A stretch of 61,682 nucleotides of DNA from an uncultured Eubacteriales bacterium (GTDB lineage Bacteria; Bacillota; Clostridia; TANB77; UBA1234), in assembly GCA_964572605.1 (NCBI GenBank), contig CAZNFG010000001.1, positions 67,459 to 129,140 on the forward strand, read 5' to 3'. Of the stretch, positions 1 to 9,297 are shown one piece after another. The number at the start of each line of letters is the position of its first letter. The first letter of the stretch is position 1. Under the pieces are notes generated by a model that had not been told where the DNA came from, ran no database searches, and saw only the letters and a program-made list of their open reading frames with translations. Both the position numbers and the translations under genes were made by a program.

Positions 1-148
1 CCATATAATTTTCTTCTTTTGTCATATACTTTAAGATTTCAAAATCATTACCAGGTGTTGGACCTTCTTCATTTGGAGTAACAACATCAGTACCGCACCC
101 TGTTAGAATTAAGCTTGATAAAAACAACGTTAATAATAGTTTTTTCAT
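1..148 (-). CDS. Lipoprotein, N-terminal part only (runs off the window start)
   Basis: Not in the ORF track because it is partial. Reverse-strand reading from the ATG at 148..146 gives MKKLLLTLFLSSLILTGCGTDVV..., a signal peptide with an L-T-G-C lipobox. AGGAGG lies about 9 nt upstream. Confidence 0.6.
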   Translation of the reverse strand, partial: MKKLLLTLFLSSLILTGCGTDVVTPNEEGPTPGNDFEILKYMTKEENYM

Positions 149-161
149 TTATATTTTCCTC

Positions 162-1340
162 CTATCCTTTTAGACCTAGGTATCTATATATATTTCCCAT
201 ATCTCCTGTTTCTGTAATGTATTTTAAATCGTTATATACTTTTTCTATATCATTAGATTTTACATCTCTTCCACCAATACCATAAACATAGTTTACAGCT
301 TTAACATTTGTAATACCTGCTCCATATAGTGCTGATGTGACTTCTGTATATAATGGTCCTCCAGCTCCGTTTGTACTATCGCATTTATCAAGCATTGCAA
401 CGGCTTTTACATTTTTTAATACTTTTGTTATTTCATCATAAGGAAAAGGTCTGAATACTCTTGGCTTAATAAGACCAACTTTCATTCCTTTGCTTCTTAA
501 ATCATTTACAACATGTTTTGCTGTACCCGCCGTAGAGTTCAAAAGTACAATTGCAAGCTCTGCATCATCCATCATGTATTCTTCAAATAAGCTATATTTT
601 CTTCCTGTCATTTTTTCAAATTCTTTTGAAACTTCTAATATAACATCTTTTGACCCTCTCATTGCTTCAGCTTGTTGGAATTTATGCTCAAACAAATATG
701 ATTGTAAGTCTAAAGGCCCAACCGCTATTTGTTCTTTGCGATTTAACAAATAATGTTCTGGTTTATATTCTCCAACAAATGTTTTTACTTTAGTATCTTC
801 CTCAAGTTCAATATTTTCAATTGAATGTGATGTAATAAATCCATCAAAACAAACCATTACAGGAAGCATAACTTTTTCAGCAATTTTAATTGCCATTATT
901 GCATTATCATATGCCTCTTGATTTGTTTCTGAATATAATTGAATCCAACCAGAATCTCTTGCTCCCATTGAGTCAGAATGGTCATTATGAATATTTAATG
1001 GACCAGATACCGCTCTGTTAACACAAGACATTACTATTGGAAGTCTTAAGCTTGATGCTATATATAACATTTCCCACATAAGTGATAATCCATTTGCTGA
1101 TGTTGCTGTCATAACTCTTCCTCCTGCAGCAGATGCACCAATACAAGCGCTCATTGCACTATGTTCACTTTCAACTGGAACAAACTCTGTTGTAACTGTT
1201 CCATTGTTTACAAAAGTTGAAAAATATTGTGGAATTTCTGTTGATGGGGTTATTGGAAATGCCGCAACAACATCTGGATTAATTTGACGCATAGCATTTG
1301 CAACAGCCTCGTTGCCACTTAATCTATCTCTAATACTCAT
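162..1340 (-). CDS. porA: Pyruvate/2-oxoacid:ferredoxin oxidoreductase alpha subunit
   Basis: 398-aa ORF with typical PorA/KorA-type sequence (GNEAVA...FPITPSTEI...ESEHSA...). I place the start at the second ATG (MSIRDRL, 1340) because AAGGGAG precedes it. Confidence 0.85.
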   Translation of the reverse strand: MSIRDRLSGNEAVANAMRQINPDVVAAFPITPSTEIPQYFSTFVNNGTVTTEFVPVESEHSAMSACIGASAAGGRVMTATSANGLSLMWEMLYIASSLRLPIVMSCVNRAVSGPLNIHNDHSDSMGARDSGWIQLYSETNQEAYDNAIMAIKIAEKVMLPVMVCFDGFITSHSIENIELEEDTKVKTFVGEYKPEHYLLNRKEQIAVGPLDLQSYLFEHKFQQAEAMRGSKDVILEVSKEFEKMTGRKYSLFEEYMMDDAELAIVLLNSTAGTAKHVVNDLRSKGMKVGLIKPRVFRPFPYDEITKVLKNVKAVAMLDKCDSTNGAGGPLYTEVTSALYGAGITNVKAVNYVYGIGGRDVKSNDIEKVYNDLKYITETGDMGNIYRYLGLKG

Positions 1341-1374
1341 TACTATTTCTCCCTTCATAATTTCTTCTAAATAT

Positions 1375-1674
1375 CTATTCTTCCATTTCTATTGCTGCAA
1401 ATGGGCAAGCTTTTGCACACACTCCGCATCCTTTGCAATAATCATATTTATAGTTTCCTCTTGCTCCGCCTTCTTTGATTTCTATGGCATTGTCTGGACA
1501 AACAGGTAGACAAAGTCCACATTGTTTGCATTTTTCTTCTAGCCATATTGGTTTTCTTGATCTCCAATCTCCAGTATGAACTTCTTCAGAGTTTGCTGCA
1601 GTATATATTGTTCCTCCTGGAGTGATTTCTTGCCAAGTTGATTCTGAATTTATATTATATTTTTTTTCTGACAT
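1375..1674 (-). CDS. porD: 2-oxoacid:ferredoxin oxidoreductase delta subunit (two 4Fe-4S ferredoxin motifs)
   Basis: Two CxxCxxCxxxCP motifs ([24 protein letters not shown]). GGAGGA precedes the MSEKKYN start at 1674. Confidence 0.85.
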   Translation of the reverse strand: MSEKKYNINSESTWQEITPGGTIYTAANSEEVHTGDWRSRKPIWLEEKCKQCGLCLPVCPDNAIEIKEGGARGNYKYDYCKGCGVCAKACPFAAIEMEE

Positions 1675-1690
1675 TTTTATTCCTCCTATC

Positions 1691-2269
1691 TTACAGACCT
1701 TTAATTTCATTTAGAGAACGTCTTAATGCTGCCATATTTCCGTCAATAACTTCTGGTTTTTTTGCAAATTTATGTTTGAAAGATTCAACCATATCATTTA
1801 AAAAGTCTTCTTCTTTCATTATTCCACTAACCTTTATTATAGCTGCGAGCATAGGTGTGTTTGGAAAATATTTTCCCAAGGTTTCAACTGAAATTGTTTT
1901 TGCGTCTATTGTACAAACCTTTCCATTATAGCCTTTCAAATGTTCTCTTATTTCTTCTGGTGATTTTGTGGTATTAATAACAATTGCACCTTCTTCTTTT
2001 AATCCTGCAGTAACATCAACACACTCGATTAGAGAGTCGTCTATTACTACTACAAAATCTGGTTCATATATATTGCTATGAATGGTAATAGTCTCATCAC
2101 TTATTCTGTTATATGCTGTTATTGGAGCTCCCATTCTTTCAGGACCATATTCAGGAAAACCTTGAATATATTTTCCTGTGTTAAATGCAGCATCTGCAAG
2201 TAAAAGCGAAGCTGTTTTCGCACCTTGTCCACCGCGACCATGCCATCTTATTTCTATTAAACTACTCAT
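1691..2269 (-). CDS. porG: 2-oxoacid:ferredoxin oxidoreductase gamma subunit
   Basis: 192 aa, with the [14 protein letters not shown] motif typical of the gamma subunit. It is first in the gamma-delta-alpha order. Confidence 0.85.
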   Translation of the reverse strand: MSSLIEIRWHGRGGQGAKTASLLLADAAFNTGKYIQGFPEYGPERMGAPITAYNRISDETITIHSNIYEPDFVVVIDDSLIECVDVTAGLKEEGAIVINTTKSPEEIREHLKGYNGKVCTIDAKTISVETLGKYFPNTPMLAAIIKVSGIMKEEDFLNDMVESFKHKFAKKPEVIDGNMAALRRSLNEIKGL

Positions 2270-2354
2270 GTTTATCCTCCTTCTTTTTTCGTCTACAAAT
2301 AGTATATATTCCTAATTAAAATATGTCAAATAAAACGTGTTTTGACATTTAGGA

Positions 2355-2430
2355 GACATTTGACAATTGGGGACGTTCCTTTTTGTCACATTTTTATGAC
2401 AAAAAGGAACGTCCCCAGTTGTCAAATGTC
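2355..2430. repeat. REP-like doublet forming a near-perfect palindrome (34-nt arms, 8-nt spacer)
   Basis: Left arm 2355..2388 is GACATTTGACAATTGGGGACGTTCCTTTTTGTCA. Right arm 2397..2430 is its reverse complement with 1 mismatch. The core TGACAAAAAGGAACGTCCCC..TTGTCA recurs around the RAYT gene at 38.2-39.2 kb. Confidence 0.85.
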
Positions 2431-2520
2431 AAAGTTTTACTAAATTTTTATATTTTCTTCTTTACTTTTTAAAATATTATAATAAAATGATAATATTCTT
2501 AAACATAAGGAGGGATTTGC

Positions 2521-3135
2521 TTGAGAATTGAAAGATTGGCAGAAGATAAAATTAAGATAACAATTACATTAGACGATTTAGTATCTAGAAATATAGATCT
2601 ATCTTCTTTTATGTATAACTCACCCGAGTCGCAAGACCTTTTTTGGGATGTTATGAGTACAGCTGAGGAAGAATACGGATTTAATGTTGATGATTCGATG
2701 ATATATGTTGAAGCAACCACTTCTGGTGGGGGAACATTTACGCTTATTGTGACAAAGACAAAAGAAAAACCTGTAATTAAATTTAGTGCATCAAAACAAC
2801 AGGTAAAAAAAGAAAAAGTAAAGCTAAAGAGGAAAAAAACTCCTATTGTTATGACAGATTCTATTTATGAATTTTCTTCTTTTGATGACTTGTGTTCTTT
2901 CTGTAAAGTAATTGATATAAAAAGTGTTGGTGAAAACTCACTTTATAAAATAAATGACACATACTACTTGAAATCATCTACAATGCCTTATACGTCAATA
3001 GTTGAATATGCAACGGTTCTTAAAAACGCTAGCGTTACATCAGCTAAACTTGCAGAATATGGCGAACTTGTTATAGAAAAAGATGCTTTACAAACAATAT
3101 CTAAATATTTTAATAAAAAGAAAAGAGTGCATTAA
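2521..3135 (+). CDS. mecA: Adaptor protein MecA family
   Basis: TTG start after AAGGAGGG. The N-terminus MRIERLAEDKIKITITLDDL...SQDLFWDVM...EEEYGF matches the MecA N-domain pattern. Confidence 0.75.
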   Translation: MRIERLAEDKIKITITLDDLVSRNIDLSSFMYNSPESQDLFWDVMSTAEEEYGFNVDDSMIYVEATTSGGGTFTLIVTKTKEKPVIKFSASKQQVKKEKVKLKRKKTPIVMTDSIYEFSSFDDLCSFCKVIDIKSVGENSLYKINDTYYLKSSTMPYTSIVEYATVLKNASVTSAKLAEYGELVIEKDALQTISKYFNKKKRVH

Positions 3136-3149
3136 TCATGCACTCTTTT
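3121..3149. terminator. Bidirectional hairpin shared by the 3' ends of two convergent genes
   Basis: AAAAGAGTGCAT-TAATC-ATGCACTCTTTT. Both convergent CDSs end inside it, and A/T runs lie on both sides. Confidence 0.6.
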
Positions 3150-5423
3150 TATTTCATATGTCATTTCGTTATTTTCTATCGTTATAACTATATATTTTGT
3201 ATTTTCAATAACTTCCGTAATATTATTTTTATCTATGTAGCTGTTATTAACAAATAAATATTTAACTCCTCTTTCCATTGAATATCCTGTATAATCTCCA
3301 TTGCAAATTATCCATACGTTTTTATTTGAATCTCTTCTTGTTTCATACATAACATCGATAAATAGTTTTCTTTCTTGCGCATCTGTGAATGAATCGAGAT
3401 TTCCTTTCATCAAAACAATTACATTTTTCGTTTTTGCTTTTGATATGTCTTTTTGAAACTTTGTCCATGCACTAGCATCTGTAAGCCTAAGGCCTCCACT
3501 TGAAACATCTAAATTAATAAATGTTGCTTCGTCTTTTTCTTCAACCTTATATCCACTATTTTGTGAAGTAAATATCATTACGTCTGTATCTCCACTTGTT
3601 AACAAGTCGACTTTTTTATTTGTTAATCTGTCAAGCAAAGTCTTCTCTTCTTTTTTCTCATCGTTTACCATTATTTTAAAAGTGTCTCCAGAAGAAGTAT
3701 TTGGTTTTTGTTTTTCATCTTCGCCTCTGATGTCTTCCGGGATTCTTGTGTTTGTGTCTTCACCAACTTCAACAAGTACATATGATATTGCTTTTCCTGC
3801 AGAAACAGATAATATTGTTGTTCCTTCTGTTCTTGGATAATATGTCATGTTTTCTATCTTTCCATCCCCACTTACTATTTTCCATTCTACTTCGTTGTCA
3901 TTTAATGTTGCATAATATCCATTTTTGTTTTTTGCAATCAATGAAAATTTTACTGTGTCTCCACTACTAATTAGAGTCCTTTTAGGTGTTACGACTATTT
4001 CATTTGGCATACTTAAAACATCTATTGAAATCGTTCCTTTTACTTTTCCAATGCTTGCTGTTATATTTGCTGTTCCAGCTTCACTTCCCGCTGTTATAAC
4101 ATCCTTATTTACTTCAATCGGCACTCCCTCATATGACCATTTAATGTCGTTTAAGTCTATTGAAACTGGATTAAAATATTTATCATATCCTAAAACAGTT
4201 ATTTTCTTTTTTAATCCTACAAAAACATTTTCTTCTGTTTCAAGTTTTATGCCGTTTAATGAACTTGTGTTTGTTGTGTTATATACTCCAATCGCGTTTG
4301 TTACTAATCTTAAGGTTCCACCACTTGGTAGATTGATTGGAGAAATAAGTTCTTTTCCCAACTTTCTTGCAACCATCGTAGTAGATCCACCACCATCTAG
4401 ATTCATTGCATTGTATATGTTTTTGCTTTGTAAAAATTCCGCGAGTTCTGTTTGTGTCATTCCCATACTTTGGGCTTGTCTTCCATCTACAGTTATTAGA
4501 TAAACTGTTTTTTCATCTTTTGAAATACCTATTGCAGTTCTTGGATTTACTCCACTAACATTTGCTGAAAAAGTACTTGGTATTTCTCCTTTTTCGACTA
4601 ACAAAGCTCCTCCAGATACAGCCATCTTTATTTCATCTATATCTAAATCCATCTCTATTTCTAGTTTTACTCTATCTCTTTTTTCAAAGTTATTTTTTAA
4701 ATATTCTGCTGATACTCCATATCCCACAACAACAAATCCGTCTTCAGGTATTTCTATTTCTTTACTTTCGCTTGTAACTTCTTCTATTTTATCTTCTTCT
4801 ACAACTATTATTGTAAGGGGTAATTCAGAAACTATTGGTTCTAGTTTTTCTCCCCATTTTTTTGTATATACAAGAGGTTTGTCAAAATTAAGTGGAATTT
4901 TATTTATTTCACTTATATCAATTGATTCATTACCGCGTGTCTTTTTAAATTCTATCTCGTTTGTAAAATAGTCTATCCATACATTTTCATCTTCATCTAA
5001 AACAAAACTTGCGAATGTATTTTTTGTTTTATTCTCGTAATATGTAGAAGTAAAAAGCTCACCTTCTGATACAGAAAATCCAATTGTATTTCCGTTTTTA
5101 GAATTTCCTGCAAAAAAATCTCCATTTATTGCCGCTATAATATTATTTTTATTTGCCATTTGTAGCACTGTTTGAAATTTATTAAGTCCTGTATCTGGTG
5201 TAAGAAGTCCTAACTTTGTATTATTATCTTTAATGCTAACTTCTAAAATATTTATATTATTCCATCCTTTTTCGTTAAACACTTCATAATTATATAGAGT
5301 TACTCCTGAAGATATTTTTTCTTCTTTTTTTCTTTCGTAGATTGTTGTTGCTGCGTATAAAAAATTATAATTTAAAAATATTAATACGAATAAGAGTGCA
5401 ATTGTTACTGCTGCTTTTTTCAT
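3132..5423 (-). CDS. Secreted phosphodiester glycosidase (NAGPA/DUF2233-like) family protein with Ig-like repeats
   Basis: Signal peptide MKKAAVTIALLFVLIF. GDFF...NTIGFSVSEGE and NLDGGGSTTMV motifs are typical of the phosphodiester glycosidase family, followed by Big_2-like segments. I chose the ATG at 5423 because of AAGGGTGG upstream. Confidence 0.65.
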   Translation of the reverse strand: MKKAAVTIALLFVLIFLNYNFLYAATTIYERKKEEKISSGVTLYNYEVFNEKGWNNINILEVSIKDNNTKLGLLTPDTGLNKFQTVLQMANKNNIIAAINGDFFAGNSKNGNTIGFSVSEGELFTSTYYENKTKNTFASFVLDEDENVWIDYFTNEIEFKKTRGNESIDISEINKIPLNFDKPLVYTKKWGEKLEPIVSELPLTIIVVEEDKIEEVTSESKEIEIPEDGFVVVGYGVSAEYLKNNFEKRDRVKLEIEMDLDIDEIKMAVSGGALLVEKGEIPSTFSANVSGVNPRTAIGISKDEKTVYLITVDGRQAQSMGMTQTELAEFLQSKNIYNAMNLDGGGSTTMVARKLGKELISPINLPSGGTLRLVTNAIGVYNTTNTSSLNGIKLETEENVFVGLKKKITVLGYDKYFNPVSIDLNDIKWSYEGVPIEVNKDVITAGSEAGTANITASIGKVKGTISIDVLSMPNEIVVTPKRTLISSGDTVKFSLIAKNKNGYYATLNDNEVEWKIVSGDGKIENMTYYPRTEGTTILSVSAGKAISYVLVEVGEDTNTRIPEDIRGEDEKQKPNTSSGDTFKIMVNDEKKEEKTLLDRLTNKKVDLLTSGDTDVMIFTSQNSGYKVEEKDEATFINLDVSSGGLRLTDASAWTKFQKDISKAKTKNVIVLMKGNLDSFTDAQERKLFIDVMYETRRDSNKNVWIICNGDYTGYSMERGVKYLFVNNSYIDKNNITEVIENTKYIVITIENNEMTYEIKRVHD

Positions 5424-5443
5424 GCAAACCACCCTTTCTTTTT

Positions 5444-6179
5444 TTACTCTATCTCCTCTTCTTCCTTGCTAATTTTCCAACCTTTAATATCTGATCTTTG
5501 TATGGCTCCAAAAACACAAGCTTTAATTCTTGGAATTGTAACCATTAAATCTCTTATTAGATTTTTTATAAATTCTCTTTTGGTTTTTCCGTCTGCTTCG
5601 CAAGTTTTTTTCATAACGGGAATATTATTTCTTTTAACAAATCCTTTTATCTCTTTTTCTGTTATATATATCATTGGTCTTATTGTTACAATATTTTTTC
5701 TTGATAAATATGTAGTTGGGGCAAATGTATGAACCTTTCCCTCATAAAAAAGACTTAAAAAAAATGTTTCTATTACGTCATCCATATGATGTCCTAAAGC
5801 AACTTTGTTACATCCATGGGCTTCTGCCACACCATTTAATGCCCCACGTCTTAGATTAGCACAAAGAGAACATGGATTTTTTTCTTTTCGTATATCGAAA
5901 ACAACTTCTTTTATATTTGTTTTTTCTATTACATATTCTATACCGCTTATCTTTACAAAGCTTTTCTAATTCAGTTGTGTCAAAAACATTTGATCCAGGA
6001 TCTATGGTTAACGCCATTAATTCAAAATGCTTAGGATAAAACAGTTGTAGGTTTTTAAGCGCCAAAAGTAGTGTAACGCTATCTTTTCCTCCAGAAAGTC
6101 CAACGGCTATTTTGTCTCCTTCTTCAATCATATTGTAATCTTCTATAGCCTTCCTAATGCTGCTTAAAATTTGTTTCAT
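5444..6179 (-). CDS. ttcA: TtcA-family PP-loop tRNA thiolase-like ATPase; the reading frame needs a +1 shift at in-frame CGG (complement 5943..5945)
   Basis: Split in the track into ORFs 5856..6236 and 5444..5830. SGGKDS PP-loop present. After AAG-CGG-T, reading GGT onward gives ...CKDKGIEYVIEKTNIKEVVFDIRKEKNPCSLCANLRRGALNGVAEAHGC..., which is continuous with the downstream ORF. Phase checked: 6179-5945=234 and 5944-5446=498, both divisible by 3. Confidence 0.75.
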
Positions 6180-6192
6180 TTTTTCCCTCCAA

Positions 6193-6622
6193 TTATTTGA
6201 ATAATAACTCTTCAATTCTAATAAAACTATTTGCATTGTAATCTACAACATATGGCGCAGAAATATCTTTGTATTTTCTTGTAATTGCAGATCCGCTTTT
6301 TTCTTTTATTTGATTAATTACTTCCTCTTCTCCACCCGGTATTAGATAGAAGCCTGTACCATATTCGTCTCCGCTTTCGCCAATAACAACTAAACTTCCG
6401 ATTTGAAAGCTCAAGACCTACTTTTTCTTCTGCTCCTGTTGAAACAAATGTTAAAAGAGCCCTGATTTCATCATCATCTGTAGATGTTTGAGCATCATCT
6501 TTTGCCTCTGTTGATTTATCTATCATTACTGTTGAACTATTCATAGCCATTGTTACTAATATAATAATTACAATGACAGTTATAATTAATGTGACCATTG
6601 AAACACCATTTTTGTTCCTCAT
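6193..6622 (-). CDS. Small pilin-like protein (prepilin-type leader without Glu+5); needs a +1 shift at in-frame CGG (complement 6398..6400)
   Basis: Split in the track into ORFs 6314..6640 and 6193..6414. N-terminus is MRNKNGVSMVTLIITVIVIIIL. AAT-CGG-A followed by GGA restores ...ELSNGSLVVIGESGDEYGTGFYLIPGG.... Phase checked: 6622-6400=222 and 6399-6195=204. Confidence 0.6.
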
Positions 6623-6748
6623 TTTTATCATCCTTTTCATATAAGTTTTTACCTATTTTTTGGTTCTAAACACCGTAATTATATCATAATATTTTAGATT
6701 TTGCTATTGCATTTTTATTTAGCCCGTGTTATACTTCATAAGGTGTAA

Positions 6749-6824
6749 CGGGGTGTGGCTCAGCTGGTAGAGTACGTGGTTTGGGACCATGGGGCCGGAG
6801 GTTCGAGTCCTCTCACCCCGACCA
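6749..6824 (+). tRNA. tRNA-Pro (anticodon UGG)
   Basis: Hand-folded cloverleaf: acceptor CGGGGTG/CACCCCG, anticodon stem CGTGG/CCATG, loop TTTGGGA, T-loop GGAGG-TTCGAGT-CCTCT, encoded CCA end. Confidence 0.9.
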
Positions 6825-6870
6825 ATAAAGTGTTTTAGAAAACTTAAAAACACTTAAAAAGAAATTAAAA

Positions 6871-6899
6871 ACGCTAATCAAATTATATTGATTAGCGTT
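6871..6899. terminator. Bidirectional intrinsic terminator
   Basis: ACGCTAATCA-loop-TGATTAGCGT, flanked by A-run and T-run. It lies between tRNA-Pro (+) and the gene ending at 6909 (-). Confidence 0.7.
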
Positions 6900-6908
6900 T
6901 TTATGTTT

Positions 6909-7682
6909 CTATTTTATCCACGTTAAGCTTTTTACATACATCACTTCGCAAGATCTATATCCAGTATCAGTTCTTGATGTACTACTGTTTAGTGAATAGC
7001 TATACGTTTCATTTCCATAATTTACATTTACTAAATACCCTTCTAATTTAACGTAATCGTTTATTTCTATTAACTTTATTTGTTTTTCTATTTCTTCGTC
7101 TGCTGGTATCAAATGGGTATTTGATGAATTTTGATTTATAATATCTTTTCCCCCGATTTCATCAAGCCATTTCTCATCATCAACTCTCCAATTAAGCCAT
7201 CTTGAATTTGTGGCAGACCATTTTATTTTTTTATTATTTTCATCTCTTGCTATAATGCCCCAACTCATCCCAATATCTGTTGGTGAAATCTGATTTTGAA
7301 TGTTATATCCCACATAATCTTCTGTCTCAACCACTCTGCCCTCAATTATATAATCTGCAATATAATCAACATCTACTTCTTTATCACCCACTATTAAAAC
7401 CGTTTCTCCGCTTGTTGTTATTTGTGTTGGTCTTTGTAAATTGCGTGACACTTCTGTTTTTTCTTTGTTTCTTACTACTATAAAGTTACAAACTAAATAT
7501 ATTACTAAGAAAATTGACGCCAGTAAAAGAAACGTCGACTGAATTGTCGCTGTTTCTCCCATTTTGTATTCCATTTCAGCCAATTTTATAAGTCTTTCTA
7601 CTTTCTTATAATACATAACTTTGTCAATTTGGCCTTTTTTTAGCATTACTTCGCAATCTTCTATTTGCTCTTCTATATTCAT
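6909..7682 (-). CDS. Hypothetical single-pass membrane protein
   Basis: 257-aa ORF, AGGGGG RBS, one hydrophobic helix (TFLLLASIFLVIYLVCNFIVV). I recognise no family. Confidence 0.5.
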   Translation of the reverse strand: MNIEEQIEDCEVMLKKGQIDKVMYYKKVERLIKLAEMEYKMGETATIQSTFLLLASIFLVIYLVCNFIVVRNKEKTEVSRNLQRPTQITTSGETVLIVGDKEVDVDYIADYIIEGRVVETEDYVGYNIQNQISPTDIGMSWGIIARDENNKKIKWSATNSRWLNWRVDDEKWLDEIGGKDIINQNSSNTHLIPADEEIEKQIKLIEINDYVKLEGYLVNVNYGNETYSYSLNSSTSRTDTGYRSCEVMYVKSLTWIK

Positions 7683-7742
7683 ATCATACCCCCTTTGTGC
7701 AATGCACAGAGTAGTTTTTGAACATCTTTTTCTTTAGCACTA

Positions 7743-9225
7743 TTATTTCATAATATTCATGTTTTTGTCAAAATATAATACATAGTCTGCTTCATCTGTC
7801 TTACTATTTATAAACACCTTTCCTGTACCAACCTTATTTCTAAGTACTTGTAATTTCCCTTGAACTGCCCAATCTAGTTCTATTATTGCATAAACATCTT
7901 GAACGGTGTCTTTTTGTTTTTTCATATCATCTTCATTATAATTTATTGAAATACTTTTTTCTAGTGAAAATGATTCTTCTGGTAAATTTTCTAATATTTG
8001 TGTTCCAATTTTATTATCAAATTCGTATACTCTTTTATATTCATTCAAACAATTAATATTTATAATTACAAATACAATTAATATAACTGTTACTAGGGCA
8101 TCTGTTATTACTTCTCTAATCTTTTCGGGTTTTACTAGCTTAAGAACAAAATCTATAATCATTTCTACTAATATTGCAACCCCAAAATTCACCATATACA
8201 TATTCCTTTTTTCTATATACATATTGGCTAAAATTAAAAATGGTAATAAAGGAGCAATTGTAAATATTAAACCAAAAGATAGTTTTTTAATATTAAATGT
8301 CTTTTCTTTTTTATCTAATAAGTCTTTTTTATATATATAATAGCGAAGAGCTAGGACTCCCAAAATTATTAACAGCGTAGCTAAATTAAAGCCAAAGTTT
8401 TCTGAAATATTATTAATTGATTCTTTTGTATAAACTATTAAATCTTCAAAAAACTCTGGTATTCTCCTGAAAATTCCTTCCAAGTTATATGAAATTCTTT
8501 CTAGGCTTATTAACCCTCTACTTCTCATTGTTCCACTTGTAATATTTGATAGATAAAATATTCCTATTCCTAATGTGGAAATCGTTGGCACAACTATATG
8601 TCCTCTTTTTTTTATAACTACAAATACAAAAAACGCAAGCATTAAGTTCAATGCTATTGTTTGTTCATAAAATCCGAACGCATAAAAAATTTAATATTGA
8701 AGCAGATATTATTTTCAAAACCGCCATCATCGGATTTTTTTCTTCATCAAATAATAAGAATATGTAGATTGATAGAAGTGATAAAAACAAGCTTATTACC
8801 GTTCGATCTGAAGCAGAAATCCAATATAGTCCTTCAAATATAATTGGCATAAATGCCATAATAATTAGTGATATGTATTTTAATTTAACTCCTATTTTTT
8901 CTGCTATTTTATATACTAAGTATATATTTGCCGAATGCATTAGTATAATTATTATTGCTAATATATATAAATTATTCCAAAAGGAAGAAAATACATATGC
9001 CTCTAAAAAGAAAATCAGTGGTCTTCCTTCTTCATATAATTTATAATGCTGTATTACATTATTATATGTATCATCATTTCTTAAATAATATATTCCCAAT
9101 TGGTTGTTGTCATCTGTTATCTTAAAATACTCAAAACCAAAAAAGGTGAATTGTATTACTAATACTATTGTGATCACGGTAAATATATTTATATATGGTT
9201 TTATGTTTTTGATTTTCTCTAACAT
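7743..9225 (-). CDS. Polytopic membrane protein, glycosyltransferase-like (GtrII/ArnT-type topology); needs a +1 shift at in-frame CGG (complement 8674..8676)
   Basis: ORFs 8665..9225 and 7743..8651 join when GTT-CGG-A is read as V-G: ...ILNFLCVGFYEQTIALNLMLAFFVFVV.... Phase checked: 9225-8676=549 and 8675-7745=930. Many TM helices. The family call is tentative. Confidence 0.5.
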
Positions 9226-9297
9226 ATTTTTTATCCTTTTTAAAAAAATAAGGACAGACGTATTGTTTTAAAACTAATATTTCTGTCCTTTAATTAT

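Noticed and set aside
3925-4503. 192-aa plus-strand ORF
   Set aside because: It is antisense to the phosphodiester glycosidase gene, with no RBS and a shadow-ORF composition.
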